A DNA stretch of 54,640 bases, the filler included, from Sphacelaria rigidula (lineage: Eukaryota): NCBI GenBank assembly GCA_964200075.2. It is 5 parts of 5 records of this genome, joined end to end, with 100 filler letters (N's around TTAATTAATTAA, not from the genome) between each part and the next. Parts side by side here need not be neighbours in the genome. Positions count along the whole stretch, not along the records: positions 21,900 to 32,746 come from CAXNAA020005802.1; positions 32,847 to 43,693 come from CAXNAA020005803.1; 3 more parts are not named here. One strand, written 5' to 3'. The translations under genes and the position numbers were made by a program. This document shows, one piece after another, positions 24,046 through 36,516 of this stretch (positions are counted from its first letter, which is position 1; each line of letters opens with the position of its first letter). The notes under the pieces are model-generated. The model made no database searches. It had not been told where the DNA came from and worked only from the letters and a program-made list of their open reading frames with translations.

Positions 24046-25292
24046 GAGCCGAACGTTCACCTGTGCAGGTACGGTGGTTCGGGCGTGGGGGTGCGGATGC
24101 CCCCCGAGGCAGCCAGCTGTCGTCTTATGATCCGCCGCTAGGTGGATATGACTACTTAGGTCATCCTGATGGCTTATACCGTCCAGTATGCAACGAACTC
24201 CCGATCCACCACGCAGACCCCCGTAAACGGTGTATCACATGTGATGACTTGGACGACACGCATACTCTCTGCACATGGCGTAAAATGGGGCGCCCGCAGA
24301 TCGATGTGGAGATGCGTCATGTGAACTCTGCACACAGTCAACCCCATCACGTAGGACACCAGCTCCCTCCCTGAACACATTCCTATGGGTCGGCCAACAC
24401 CGTGCAATTGTACGGTGACCGAGCAGGGTATGAAGACAGCAGCAACTTCGAAGATGAACACTGGAACGGGGCGAACGAAGACGGATGGATCTGGGAACAC
24501 AGCAACGATGATTCAGCGGCGCAGGCTACGCGCACTGTAAACAATATCCCCGCAACCCCTCGGAATCCCCCGCACCCGCAACCAACAACCAGATGCAGTC
24601 GCCTCTACAGCAAGGGGATTTTCAACTTCAACACCCACGTCAACTACATCATCAGCAGCTACCACCTAATCTGCCCCACTCAATTCCGACCTACCTTCCT
24701 CTAGCTCATTTACATCTTCTGCGCAGCTTCACCTGTGCATGGCACATTATGTGTCACGAGGCGAGTCATGTTTTGAGTTGGGTGATTTCGATTTGGGGCT
24801 CGCTTTGTCCCAAGAGAATGCGTCGGGGGATAACGTAAGTGATAGTACAGAAGAATACGTTGCCGATAACGGTGCTTCACACCACACAACCGGTGACATC
24901 AATGGTATGTTTGATCTCCGTTCTCCCCCGAATGGAAATAAACACGTGATCGTGGGGGGTGGAACAGTTCTTCCTTTCCGCGCAGTAGGGAGTTTGAGAC
25001 TGAAATTTCGCATGCCGAATTCCACCACCCCTAAATCCGTCGGCCCGCCCTCAGAGATTTGTGCACAATTCGCTGATGTGTTCGCACTGGAAGGTATCCA
25101 CTTCAACCTCGTTTCTCTGCACCAAGTGCAGAAAAAGCAGGATGTATTGTTGACTGATTCAGGGGTATACATGTTTGACGGTCACCTCTGTTTCGATCGC
25201 AATGAACGATCTTCATCGCAGTCGGCCATTTGCCTACCGCCATTATACCAAACCCCCCACTTGCCGTGCCCGTCGTGGCAAACCACTCTTGA

Positions 25293-25730
25293 ACCGCCAG
25301 CGTTAGTTTCCAGTCCGTTCCATTGGCGAACGTTGTACCTTGCGCTCCAACCGAAGTTAGTGTCCAGCCCGTTCCACCGGCGACCGTCGTACCTCCCCCT
25401 CCCACTGGCGTAAGTTTCGTCCGTTCCACCGGCGAACGTTGTACCTTCTCCTCCCACCTGCATTGGTATCCAGTCCGTTACATAGGCGAACGTTGTACCT
25501 TTCCCTCCCACCGGCGTTGGCATCCAGTCCGTTCCACTGGCCAACGTTGTACCTCCAACTCCCCGCGTTGTTTTTCAGTCCGCTTCATCGACACGCGTTA
25601 TACCTTCAACACCCCGACTTGGTTTTCAGTCCGCTTCATCAGTAAGCGTTGTAACTTCGACGCCAATCACTGGGTTTCAGTCTGCTTCATCGGCAAGCGT
25701 TGTGCCTGCTCTCATAGGCGTTGGTTTCAA
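25293..25730 (+). repeat. Coding minisatellite (54-nt then 51-nt units, ~8 copies) between protease and integrase
   Basis: The cagtccg motif recurs at 25311, 25365, ~25417, 25471, 25525, 25576, 25627 and 25678. The unit reads roughly QSVPLANVVPxPPTGVGF. Confidence 0.85.
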
Positions 25731-27109
25731 TGATACCTCTACTTTGGACCCCCTTGCATCCCACGAGCTTCACCGCCCAGATTTCAGCGTGTTCACAGAT
25801 GAAGTATTGCTGGACGGAATTGACACGACCCCTTCCAAGATTTTCTCCCGCGTGTTCTGAGTGTTGAGGACGTTGGAGATGTGCCTCAGAACGAGACGGT
25901 CCTTGCTGTGCTTGCCTCAATTTCTCGCCCATTTTCACTTGAAAAAACGAAAAGAGAAGTCAATATGAAGTTCTTACACGTTTCTCTTCCCCACGCGAAT
26001 GAGACGTTAGTGAGTAAAACTGCGAAACAACAGGACATCGTTCTGGCGGGGGAATTTGCGCCAATTACGGGATGTTTGGAAGCGAAGGGACGGCGGGCAT
26101 GTATTCAACGACGACTGGGCAGGATGGCAACGACGGCACTTGGCACCGTTCACCTCGATCTAACAGGCCAACGCCCTCGTACTTTGGGTGGATCAACTCA
26201 TATGCTGACCTTCGTTGACAGCGAGTAGCCCTTCATGATGTTGTACGGCCTAGCACGGAGGGCTGACCCGCTGTCGAAGGTAAAGCTTTCCATTGCCGAC
26301 GTTAGCGCCATCGGTACTCCCGGTTGTTTCCGCATGGACAACGGGGGCAAGTTCACCTTTACCGCGTATGGCACCTTCTGCGACGATGCAACAATTCGTC
26401 CTGAGTACACTGCCCCGGACACTCCGAAGCACAACCCCGTGGTTGAAAATGCGATTCGGAGGGTCATGAAGGGAGGCCACGCAGCTCGTCCCGAGGCTCA
26501 GCGTCTGTTCCCGGAGTCCGGCTTCGACAACATCCCGCATCTGGAAAAGAACCTGGAGTGTTCATGGTTGGAGGACGCGGTGTGGGTAGCGGACGGGTTT
26601 AATCGCCCCACCACTACGGCGAACCCGGGAAAACTGTCGCCTTCGGAAGTGTTCACCGGCAAACCTCCGCCGCTGAAGGTTGTCCTGTTTCTGCAACTCG
26701 GCATGTTGCGTGTCGACCGCCGGCGAAAGGCGAATATTCAGTCCGCCGCCTGTCGTTATCTCAATATTGGTAGTACCTATTCTTCATCGACGAGGAGAGG
26801 TTCTAAGGGTGCTACCGGTGCAGTCTGCCACACGAACAATGTCGTCTGGAAAGTACCATGTGTGCTATTGCAATCGTCGGCAACGCCGCTCGTCGAAGGG
26901 GAGGAGGGTCATATCAGTACCGTCGTCGCCGCCGCCGCTCCGCCAGAAGAGCAGCACCACGGGAGAGGGGGGGAGAGAAGGATCATGCCAGTACCGCCGC
27001 CGCTGCCGCCGTACCGCAGGAGGAACCACCGCCAACCCCGTCGCTGCTTCCGCCGATACATCACACAGTGAAATTCGAGCCGCTACTGCCGCCGCCGCAA
27101 CTGACCGTT

Positions 27110-27420
27110 CCGCCAATGCGGCAAACGCCGCCGCGCCCGACGACTCAGCCGACTCAGTCGATGCTGCCACCGCCACGTCGGCCGACTTCGCCGATGCAGC
27201 AAACGTCACCGTGCCCGCCGAGTGCACCGACTCAGTCGATGCCGCCGCCGCCACGTCGGCCGACTTCGCTGATGCAGCAAACGTCACCGTGTCCGCCGAC
27301 TGCACCGACTCAGTCGATGCCGCCGATTCAGCCGATGCTGCCGCCGCCACGTCCGCCGACTCTGTCGATGCATCCAACGCCGCCGCATCCGCCGACTTCG
27401 CCCAAACAGCAAACACCGCC
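27110..27420 (+). repeat. 78-nt coding tandem repeat (Pro-rich) between integrase and RT
   Basis: PTQSMLPPPRRPTSPMQQTSPCPPSA repeated 2-3 times plus degenerate copies. Confidence 0.85.
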
Positions 27421-28483
27421 GACACCCCCCCCCCCCGAAATTCTCCGGTTCTTTGCCCCCCATTCCATCTCCAAGATCATCAGCACCTTCCTCGACTACG
27501 TCGCCCGATACATCATCCGCTCTTGAACTGCTGGACCACTTTTTCTCGCCGCTCCCAATGAAAGTGAGGAAGAAGCTGGATCTTCAGACAGACCCCCGGC
27601 AGCCAGGGCTTACGCCATCGGGTACGACGCAATACAAGGCTGATAAAACCGCACCACAGCTGGGGACTTGTGAAGCTGATAGATAAACGATCTCTAGCTG
27701 TCCGCTCTCCTCACGCGCGGCGTAGTTGATGCCGGGCGACAGGGTAAGGATGTTTGAAGAGGAGGGTGAGGGGGGATACCAATGCGACTCGCGACGAGGC
27801 TGGCGACGCGTGAAGACAAAGATGCCACTTTGCGTGAGCAGCGCCCGCCGCACATCTCGTTGTAACTTCCATAATGTCCAGCAAAGGACCTCAAGGTTCC
27901 CAATGGATATACGCAGGCGGCGCGCTCGGAGTACGGTGAACTTTGTGAAGGCTCGATGGGGCGGGAATGGCGTAAACTTCTAGAGGCGGGGACGATTGTA
28001 TCACCGGAATAGCAGCCCGTGAACAACTATTTCCATGCTAAATGAGTATATGACTGGCAGGCAGACGAGCTTGGATGGCCCACGAAGATGAAGTCGAGAC
28101 TAGAAGCAAGAGGAGACATGCAAAGACAGAACGTAGATTTGGAGAAGCCTATGCCCCCACCATAGCAGTTTCTAGCGTACGTTTGTTGACGACTCTTGCT
28201 TGTGAGCAAAATCTTGCGTTGCGTCATGTATATTGAACAGGTTTGATGTCATTTGTACAGTCTCAGTTGGATGAGGACGTAATCATGCGGTTGCCGCCTG
28301 GGTGTGAAATCTTATCTGGTGAAATAGAAAGGCTCAACAAAAGTTTGTACGGATTAAAACAAGCGAGTAGGCAATGGCATAATCACTTGGTGGAGTTTTC
28401 ATTTTTCTAGGATTTGATCAGTGCTTCGCGGACTAATGCGTGCCTCGTTTGATTGAGGATGATAGGGTGATTATCATGTTAAA

Positions 28484-28779
28484 CGATGTTTCGGTGAGAT
28501 TGAGAGTAGAGGATGCGATCGAGAGTGCGAAGCGGTCAATGAATGAATGGACCGTTTCAGTTTCGAAATGCCCTACCACGAGGTCCGATATGATTTCTGC
28601 TGTAGCTTGCCACTGAGGCCCTCGATATCTCTGAGTAGGATATCGACGTGTAGCTGTATGCACACGCCAGTGATACAAGCAAAGAAAAACAAACGCGGAG
28701 TGAAACATTGGCCAAGTTGAAGCGAATGGTGTAACCCACTCCCAATCAACGCTCTACTCTCAATCTCACGAAAGCATTG
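28484..28779. mobile_element. ~296-nt MITE inserted into the Copia RT just upstream of VHVDD
   Basis: TIRs cgatgtttcggtgagattgagagtagag / ctctactctcaatctcacgaaagcattg. The same terminus recurs at 32683 (cagtgttttcgtgagattgagagtaga). No clean TSD is visible. Confidence 0.8.
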
Positions 28780-30175
28780 TTCATAGTAGTACATGTGGAC
28801 GACATATTTGGAGGGAGAGAGAAGAACCGATGTGACGAGTTTGGTAGAGATGTCAACATGATGGTTTCAGTCAAGAGCCTCGTGGAGTTTCGTTGGTATT
28901 CTGAACTGTACTACGAGAGGAATATTGCAAGGGGGGCTCTAAAGGCTTCACAACAGACGTCCGCAGAAGAGTTGGTGAAGGAATACGGTGTAGAGAGGGG
29001 GAAGAGTATCCCTATCGCTGTTAGTGCGAAGCTTGAAGAGTCCAGTATAGAAGAGCAGGAACGGAATTTCCGTTTCGGGAGTTGATAGGGTCGCTGATGT
29101 GGCTAACAATCCAAACAAGGCTAGACACATCAAATGCAGTACCTGCAGCAGCGAGGTACCGCGCCTCATCAAAACGCATTAATTGGCATGCTGCGCTTGG
29201 TATTCTGGGGTATGTTAGGCGAACAAATCCGCTGGGGATTTCCTTTCGCAGAGGAAGATTGCAGGGATTGAGCTTACATATGTTTGCAGATGCCGACTAT
29301 GCAAGTAAGGCATCTGACAGGCGGTCGAGTGCTAGTGGTGTGTGGAGGTGAATGTGTATATTGATTTTCATGGATCCAGAAATGTGTGATGCTGTCCACG
29401 ACGGAAGCAGAATACGTTGCCATGACAGATATCCTCAAGGAGGTATTGTTTTTGAGACAGGTTTGGCGTTTCATGTTGCCGCAGATGGAAAGAATACCAT
29501 GTATCCCTGCATTCGAGGATAATGAAGGAGCTATTCAATCCGTGAAAAACCCAATCACGAACTCCAACTTCAACCACATCGACTTGCGACATCATTTAAT
29601 CAGAGAGTTGATGGGAAGGAATGAGGCTTTGGTTAATCACGTAAAATCGGAGTATCAGCCTGCAGGCTTTTTTACTACAGTATTTCCGGCACAGTTTTTC
29701 GAGTTCCATCGTAATGTTGTCATGAATATCGTGTTAAGTGTTCAGCACGCTGGTATATTGATTTGATTTGAGTTGATTCGACTAGTTTTCGGGGCCATTT
29801 ATCCACCCCGAGAAGAAGTGGCACGATACTACGGCTACAAGGTTTTGTTTTTCCGCGAATAGTCTTCATTATTTGACTTTGACGGGTACGGCCGGTTCTG
29901 TTTTTCGACGTACACGGTACCCACTTCAATGGTTTCGGGTAATGAATTTCAAATGCTACGAAAATGCAGAGGTGAATATCGAGAAAGCTGAACGGGTTTC
30001 GACTTTGCGTTTCGTTGATGTATTTCCTTGTGTTGTTGACCTTGTCATAAGTTCTTCGGCGTTATGATTTGAGATAACTTATTTTTTAGTCTGGATTTTT
30101 GTTCTCTCAAATAGACAGCTAGTACGGTACCGCTACTACTGGTTTTCATTTTGCAGTGTCAATTTTGAATATATA

Positions 30176-30721
30176 CAGTAGTGGGCGGCCTAACTATTCA
30201 TTTTGCGGCATTTTGGGATTTTTCGTAGTTGGCGATTTTATCGGGCTCTTTTCGCTGGCCACCGCTCACCACATTGAGGATCTGACGATATTTGTATCCG
30301 CTCCACATTCCAAGCAAAACAAATCAGGTAATCAATATTGAGTGACTTACGGGCTGACCGATCATGAGGAGTCCTGCCACGTTTCAGCCCAGATTCTTAC
30401 TCTTCGGTATTTTTCGGTCGATCGAGCCTATCCTGGTCATATTTGCGAGAAAATGTACTGTTATATATTTTTTTCATTCCGCCTGCTCATTGCACTAGAG
30501 AAAAAAACTGTGTTTCACTTTGATAACACCCTCCTGATAAAGATACTATTTACTCGTATCGTCCGATAACACCAACTAACACTGACCTGGGCACTGTGTT
30601 TCGAAGATGATCTGTTTGTTGTACCAAAATCTACCGATGCTAGCAACTTCGAGTTCTATCGAAGAGTAGTACGCGAGAAAAAACCCAAAAGACCATTGAA
30701 TAGTTAAAGCGCCCACTATTG
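30176..30721. mobile_element. 546-nt TA-flanked MITE (Tc1/mariner/pogo-type)
   Basis: ta|cagtagtgggcggcctaactattca ... tgaatagttaaagcgcccactattg|ta. Confidence 0.8.
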
Positions 30722-30849
30722 TAATTTCGAGGAAATATCTTGCGTGATGAGAAGGGTACCCACTGGTGGAATTATTTTGTGCCGAGCATAGATACAATGT
30801 TGCCACACATAATTTGTGACGAGTAAAGAATATTGCCTGACGTTCACCA

Positions 30850-32680
30850 GTGGACAGATAGCACCCTGTCGGGCGCAATGTGCAGGGTCCGTACAGGGTC
30901 CCCCACAGTCTTCGTGAAAAAACCCTGACAGTGAAAATCCAAACCTGTACCCCTCGTAGCGTTTTGATAGGGTTTTTCCCAGGGTTGGGTTTACCGCCCT
31001 GTGTAGGCTTGTCGGCAAAGCCCTGCACAGTCATGTGGTAGTGTTTTGGTAAAAAACCCTGACGTTTTTTTCTTTTAAATCCAAATATTTTGGTAAAAAA
31101 TCTGTAATTTATGTATTTTCAATAGCTCGTCCTCCTGTCCGAGGTGAATTCCTCTTCACCCTATTTGAATCGAGCGAAAAGGAGTTTATTTTGGACAGCA
31201 GGACAAGCTATTCAAAACAGATCCTTTTTTCGCCCAATTTATTTCGGCAAAAAAAAGGATTTATTTCCAACAGCAGAAGAAGCTGTTCAAGGTCGATCCT
31301 TTTTTCGCCCATTTTTGAAATGAGCGAAAAAGTGATCTATTTCGAACAGCTTCAGCTTCTTCTGCTGCGCGAATCCCATACACACTGGTAGATTCGGAAT
31401 TTGAACACCAGAAGAAGCTCGAAATACGTCTTTACTTTGCCCTCCACTTCATCCGGAGATTGGGGGAAAAGAGATTTATTGCGAGCAGCGTCAGCTGCTG
31501 GGCAAATCCCGCATACTGCATCGTTACCAGCGCATGGGATCCGACACGCAGAAAAAGTTGCTGGAAGGTATTCATCCTTTTGCCCCCCAGTCCATGTGTA
31601 AATGGGCTACTGGATAAATAGCTCTCAACAGCTTTCGCTGAATAGAGATCCCACACGTTGGATACGTGTGTCTTTCCACACCTGTGCTTCATCTAAAACC
31701 CCTGGGAAGGCGTGGCAAGATTCTCGCCGATCGGGTATACCTCGCCGGACTATGCACATACTTCACAAAACCCCGTATTCCATGGTCTACCAACACGAAC
31801 CATGTTTAGAAAATATCACTTAGTCAATTGTACATTAAAAGTATATAGATCATCACCCCAAGATATGCATACTCCGTATATTTCACCGCACACAAATCGA
31901 ACATCAATAAACACCCGCCCGCACAACAGTATTCACACGTGGACAAATAGCACCCTGTCGGACGAGCTGCACAGGGTTCTCCACAGTCTTCATGAAATCC
32001 CCCGTGCAGCATTCACAAACCCTAGTACCTGTTATAGCGTTTTGCACAGCGTTTTTGTCGAAACCCTGCAAGCAACCCTGTGGAGAGGCCTTCCCAACTT
32101 CGAAAATTCCAAATTATTTTGGTATAAAATTTGTAACTTGTTTCTTTTAGAATAGCTTCTCCTGCTGTCCGAGATAAATTCCTTTCTGCCCGATTCCAAT
32201 CGGGCAAAAAGGAATTTATCTCGGACAGCAGGAGAAGCTATTCAAAACATATCCTTTTTTCGCCCATTTTATTTGGGCGAAAAAGGGATATATTTCGAAC
32301 AGCAGAAGAATATATTCAAAATAGATATATTTTTCGCCCATTTAAATTGGGGGGGAAAATGATCTATTTCGAACAGCTTATTCTGCTGCGCAAATCCCAT
32401 GCATACTGGCAGATTTGGAAGTAGAACAGCGGAAGAAGCTCAAAATAAGTGTTCACTTTGCCCTCCAATTTCATTCGGAAATTGGGGCAAAAGAGATTTA
32501 TTGCAAGCAGCGTCAGCTGTGCATATCCCGCATACTACACCGTTACCAGCGTGTGGGATCATATACGCAACGAACGTTGTTGAGAGCAATTCACCCTATA
32601 GCCCCAAAGGATGAATATTTCTCAACAGCTTTCGCTGAGTAGAGATCCCACACATTGATTACGTGTGTATGTCCACACCT
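30850..32680 (+). repeat. Two diverged direct copies (~30850-31685, ~31938-32680) of a hairpin-rich repeat family; a further inverted fragment at ~35780-35935
   Basis: Shared blocks gtggacaRatagcaccctgtcgg, aatagct...ggacagcagga.aagctattcaaaac and agagatcccacac...ccacacctg. Internal palindromes are present. Confidence 0.85.
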
Positions 32681-32746
32681 GACAGTGTTTTCGTGAGATT
32701 GAGAGTAGATGATACGATTAAGAGTGGCTTTGATCATTCGCTTTAA

Positions 32747-32846
32747 NNNNNNNNNNNNNNNNNNNNNNNNNNNNNNNNNNNNNNNNNNNNTTAATTAATT
32801 AANNNNNNNNNNNNNNNNNNNNNNNNNNNNNNNNNNNNNNNNNNNN
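32747..32846. other. Artificial contig spacer
   Basis: N44-TTAATTAATTAA-N44. Confidence 0.99.
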
Positions 32847-33059
32847 CCCTTTTGGGCAATCAGGCCGAAGAAATCGTGAATTTGGTGATTTTGAGTCGTG
32901 ATGATTTGTCCTAACCGTGCAAGGGTTCGCAGCTGCGTTGGGTCACAATTTACGAGGAAAATTTTGCTATCGTGAGCATTTTCGCCGTTTGGAACATATT
33001 TTGTGGGATGACGTGCACATTTTCACGGATCACCGAAATCTCGTGTATTTTTCAACCCA

Positions 33060-35116
33060 GACGCGTGCGTTACATCTGTGTCGCAGGTATTGACACAGCG
33101 TTTGGAGGGTTGGAAAGATGTTCTCGGCCAGTATCGTTACTTGATTTGCCATATTTCGGGTGACCGTAACGCGTGGGGTGACTTGCTTTCGCCTTGGGTG
33201 AATGTTCCGGCTTTGCCCGTGCGTGCTGTAGCCGTGTATGGCCCGTATGAGTCTGATGACTCGATGCCGTCCAAATCTGTTGTTCGCCAAGCGCAACGAA
33301 ACGACCTCGGGGCCGAAGATGTGGATGTGCAATCTTTCGAGTCGGACGTTGGTACTGCTAGCTTGGACAATGAAGGCCTGTTTCGTGTGCATGCATGTGG
33401 CCGAAACGTTTTGTAAATTCCGAGTTCTGGCAAACACTTGCAGGTACGTCTGATGATTTGCGCGCGCATGCGCGACGCCGGGCATAGTTATGTGGCTGCG
33501 ACGCTCGTGCACTTGCAAGAGGTTTGTGTCTGGCAGGGGATAGAGACTCATGTGCGCGATATCGTCCGCCAGTGTCTCCGCTGTGCTGACTCGAGGGCGG
33601 ACGATGTTGTTACCCGCCCGCTCGGTGAAACGCTCCATGGGACCATGCCGAATCAAGTCGTTCCTCTTGACTTCTTGTACGTGGGCGAGAGTGGCCCACT
33701 AGCTTCCCAAGGTTTGTCGAAGGATGCTGGGTTTCGATACATTTTGGTAATCATGGATGATTTGAGCAACTTTGTGTCTCTGGAACCGGTAGCAGTGTGT
33801 ACTGCTGAATCGACTACCGCATCTTTGCTAAATTTGTGCAAAACTTCGGGGGTGCCGCATGTGTGGATGGGTAATACCGCCACACATTTCAAGAATGCAA
33901 TCGTGGCGCGATTGCGAGAGGCTTTGCACATTGTTCACCAGTTTACGGTGGCGTTTTTCCGTGGTCTAACGGCACGTGCGAACGCATGGTGAAGGAAGTA
34001 GTTCGTGCTCTTCGCTCCATTCTTCTCGAGCAGCGTAGAGCGGTTTCCGAGTGGGTGAACGTGTTGCCGGCGGTGCAATGGGCGCTAAATACAGCGTATC
34101 GTCGTCGTTACGGTAGTACGCCGTGCCACATTGATGTTTGGTCGTGGTCCTTGGGCGTCTTTCTCGGTGTTGGCGTCTTCGTCGGCGGGCCAATGGAAAT
34201 GTAATGTTTTGGCCGATGGTCAAATTAAGAGTGCATTGCAAGGAGTCTTGAACTTGCAAGAATATTTCCACGTTCATGTCCAGAAGGGTGTTGCCGTTGA
34301 ACGTGCGCGTGGACGCGAGGGGTACTCGTCGGGGCTGGAATTGCCGAATTTTGAGGTAGGTGACTATGTCTCGTACGCACGCGTGCGTCGTCCGGGCTTC
34401 ACGCCCAAGTTGGTGGCGACGTGGACTGGTCCATGGAGAGTGGTTAGTGCTCACCACCCGCACGTGTTTGAGATTCAGAACATTGTTTCGGGTCGTGTTC
34501 AGACCGCCCATGTAGCTCGTTTGCGTTTTTATACAGACTCGTAGCTTAGTGTTACGGCTGACAATAAGGACATATTCCAGCATGCTCTCAATCAGGAGCA
34601 ATTTCACATGGCTGGTATTGTCCGAGTGGCAGAAGCAGACGATCGTTCGTTGGTCGTGTTGGTCGACTGGGTTGGCTTCAAAGTTGAGGAGCGTACGTGG
34701 GAGCCTTTCAAGGGTAGTTTTGAGGCCGCTCCGGAATTTCTCACGAAGGAGTAGTTGTGTAAATTGCGCGTGACTCGTGCTGTTGCTGTTCACATTAATA
34801 GTGAATTTGGAATTCAGTTGTCACTTACTCATCGTTTTGGCGTTTATCATGTGTCAAGCTGGTTGATCGGTTTTCGTCACATGCGCTTTGGGGGTGCTGT
34901 GACAAATTACGCCGTTATATTTAGTTGGTAGTGATGATCTGAATAATGACCGGGGACACGGGGATGATACCCTGGCGTGTCTGGGAGGCTGTGCCTACAA
35001 GGGCACTCCTAGGAACGAGAATGTTTAAAGGCTGACAACTGAAACTGAGGCCAGTAAGACTGGGGAGTCCCTCAACAGCAGTGATCCACTAGTTCTTTCT
35101 TCTGGCTGGCGTCACA
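33060..35116 (+). mobile_element. 3' half of a decayed Ty3/Gypsy (chromovirus-like) retrotransposon: RNase H end, integrase, chromodomain-like tail, PPT, 3' LTR
   Basis: QYRYLICHISGDRNAWGDLLS (RH end); DAGH...CLRC (Zn finger); PNQVVPLDFLYV...YILVIMDDLSNF (core); KLVATWTGPWRV (GPY/F); VLVDWVGFKVEERTWEP (chromo-like). The RH-IN order is Gypsy. Confidence 0.93.
34898..35116 (+). repeat. 3' LTR (219 nt) of the Gypsy element
   Basis: Follows the G-rich tract ggggg(tgc). Begins TGTGAC and ends GTCACA (6-bp inverted termini). Confidence 0.8.
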
Positions 35117-35117
35117 A

Positions 35118-35465
35118 TACACACTCATCATGGACAGTGCAGGCAGTACAAAGCTGAACATTGTTCAAGCCCTTTTCACGTCGCACTGTAGGTAGAGAAC
35201 GTATAAAGTCCTGCGCTGTCTGTACTGTACTTTTCCCGCTTCCCTTTCACACCCTACTTACTATCTGCAGTTGTGCGCATATGCTGTAAGAACACGCGTG
35301 TGAACTGCAGTTCCTACGGTAACATCCCCATATATAAAAGTATGCTGCAGGCATCCACATTGTATACCCATACGCAGCGCATATGCCGTGCTACTCTGCA
35401 GTATATGGCACCGCACATGTACGCACGGTATGTCACTGTCCTGCATGGTATTGTACAGCCTATAG
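35118..35465 (+). repeat. Dispersed repeat, second copy at ~43250-43590
   Basis: Shared tacacactcat..ggacagtg.aggcag, agtcctgcgctgtctgtactgt, ccctttcaca and ggtattgtacag. Confidence 0.8.
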
Positions 35466-35993
35466 TTCAGTGCAGTTTATTGTTGTGTTTATATATCCCC
35501 ATTGAAGTGAAGAATAAACCGCGATGAGATGTTTTCGCGTCTTTAATCTGAAAATATTTATGTGTTGTTTCGGTAGACACCGGACTACGGGGCTTTGATG
35601 ATCCATGACTATACATTTGCGAGTTATGTCCCATCCACTCACCATCACCACAGCTGCAGCTCCAACTTGATGCTTCGGAGCACAGCCGTGTGGACATACA
35701 CTCGCAAACAGCGTTTGAGATTTGTATACAGCGAAGGCTGTTGAAGACTTCTATCCCCATGCTCAATTAATATATGAATTGGGGGACGAGGGGATGAATT
35801 TTCAACAATATCTGCTGCCTCTCGAATCCCATCCGCTGATTACGATGCAGTATGTGAGACTTGAAAAGCAGAGGCTGCTCGCAAATAAGTTTTGTTTTGC
35901 CCACTTTTAGGATGAATCGGCGGGCAAAATGGAGGTGTGTTCACCACTTGGTCGATGACGAAAGTTTTCGCAAATGGCTTTTTCTTTTTTCAA

Positions 35994-36023
35994 TAACCCT
36001 AACCCTAACCCTAAACCTAACCC
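35994..36023 (+). repeat. Short interstitial (CCCTAA)n telomere-like tract
   Basis: taaccctaaccctaaccctaaacctaaccc. Similar degenerate tracts occur at ~5250, ~5480 and ~51740. Confidence 0.7.
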
Positions 36024-36516
36024 CAATCCAAGTCATACCGAGAACCCGCGGGCAAGGGGGGTGTGAAGCGTTCCCTAGGTAAAGTGTGGCGTTGGCAGAC
36101 CTCTATACGGCGCCGCAGGCGCCGATTTCGACGAAAACGCCTCCTGCGCACCCGAGGGATACTTGGGGCTGTCAGCTCCGCTGAAAATCCGGATATCGGT
36201 GTTTACACTCAAATCAAGTAATTAGATTCCGGGAAGGTTCTAATCGATCAAGTCGTAAACATTTCTGACAAAATGAGGATTTATTTCGAACAGCTTCTGC
36301 CGTATACAAATCCCATCTGCCAGTGTACACTGTATGGGATTCGTACAACCTCTGCTGTTCGAAAACATTCTTCATGCCTGATTCCAAAAAAGTTCAAATT
36401 CCGGATTTTCATAGCACGAGTGCCTTCAAAAATAGTATGAAGGATTCGATATTGACAGAATCCCTTTAGAGGGGGAACCTGACGCCAGAGGGCGCGATAT
36501 CGTTGAAAGCCCTCTA

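Larger units (their letters stand above)
22230..29760 (+). mobile_element. Decayed Ty1/Copia LTR retrotransposon internal region (gag remnants, PR, IN, RT, RNase H); LTRs not identified, 5' boundary approximate
   Basis: Degenerate zinc knuckle CITCDDLDDTHTLC (~24230); protease YVADNGASHHTTG (~24855); GAG-pre-integrase and integrase VHLDLTG, RMDNGGKF, TAPDTPKHNPVVE (25960-26470); RT RLNKSLYGLKQASRQW (~28330) and VVHVDDIF (~28790); RNase H ADADYA..DRRS, LSTTEAEYVAM, EDNEGAI, HIDLRHH. The PR-IN-RT-RH order is Copia. Many stops and frameshifts. Confidence 0.95.

Noticed and set aside
35994..36023. True telomere
   Set aside because: Only ~5 imperfect units, internal to the contig.
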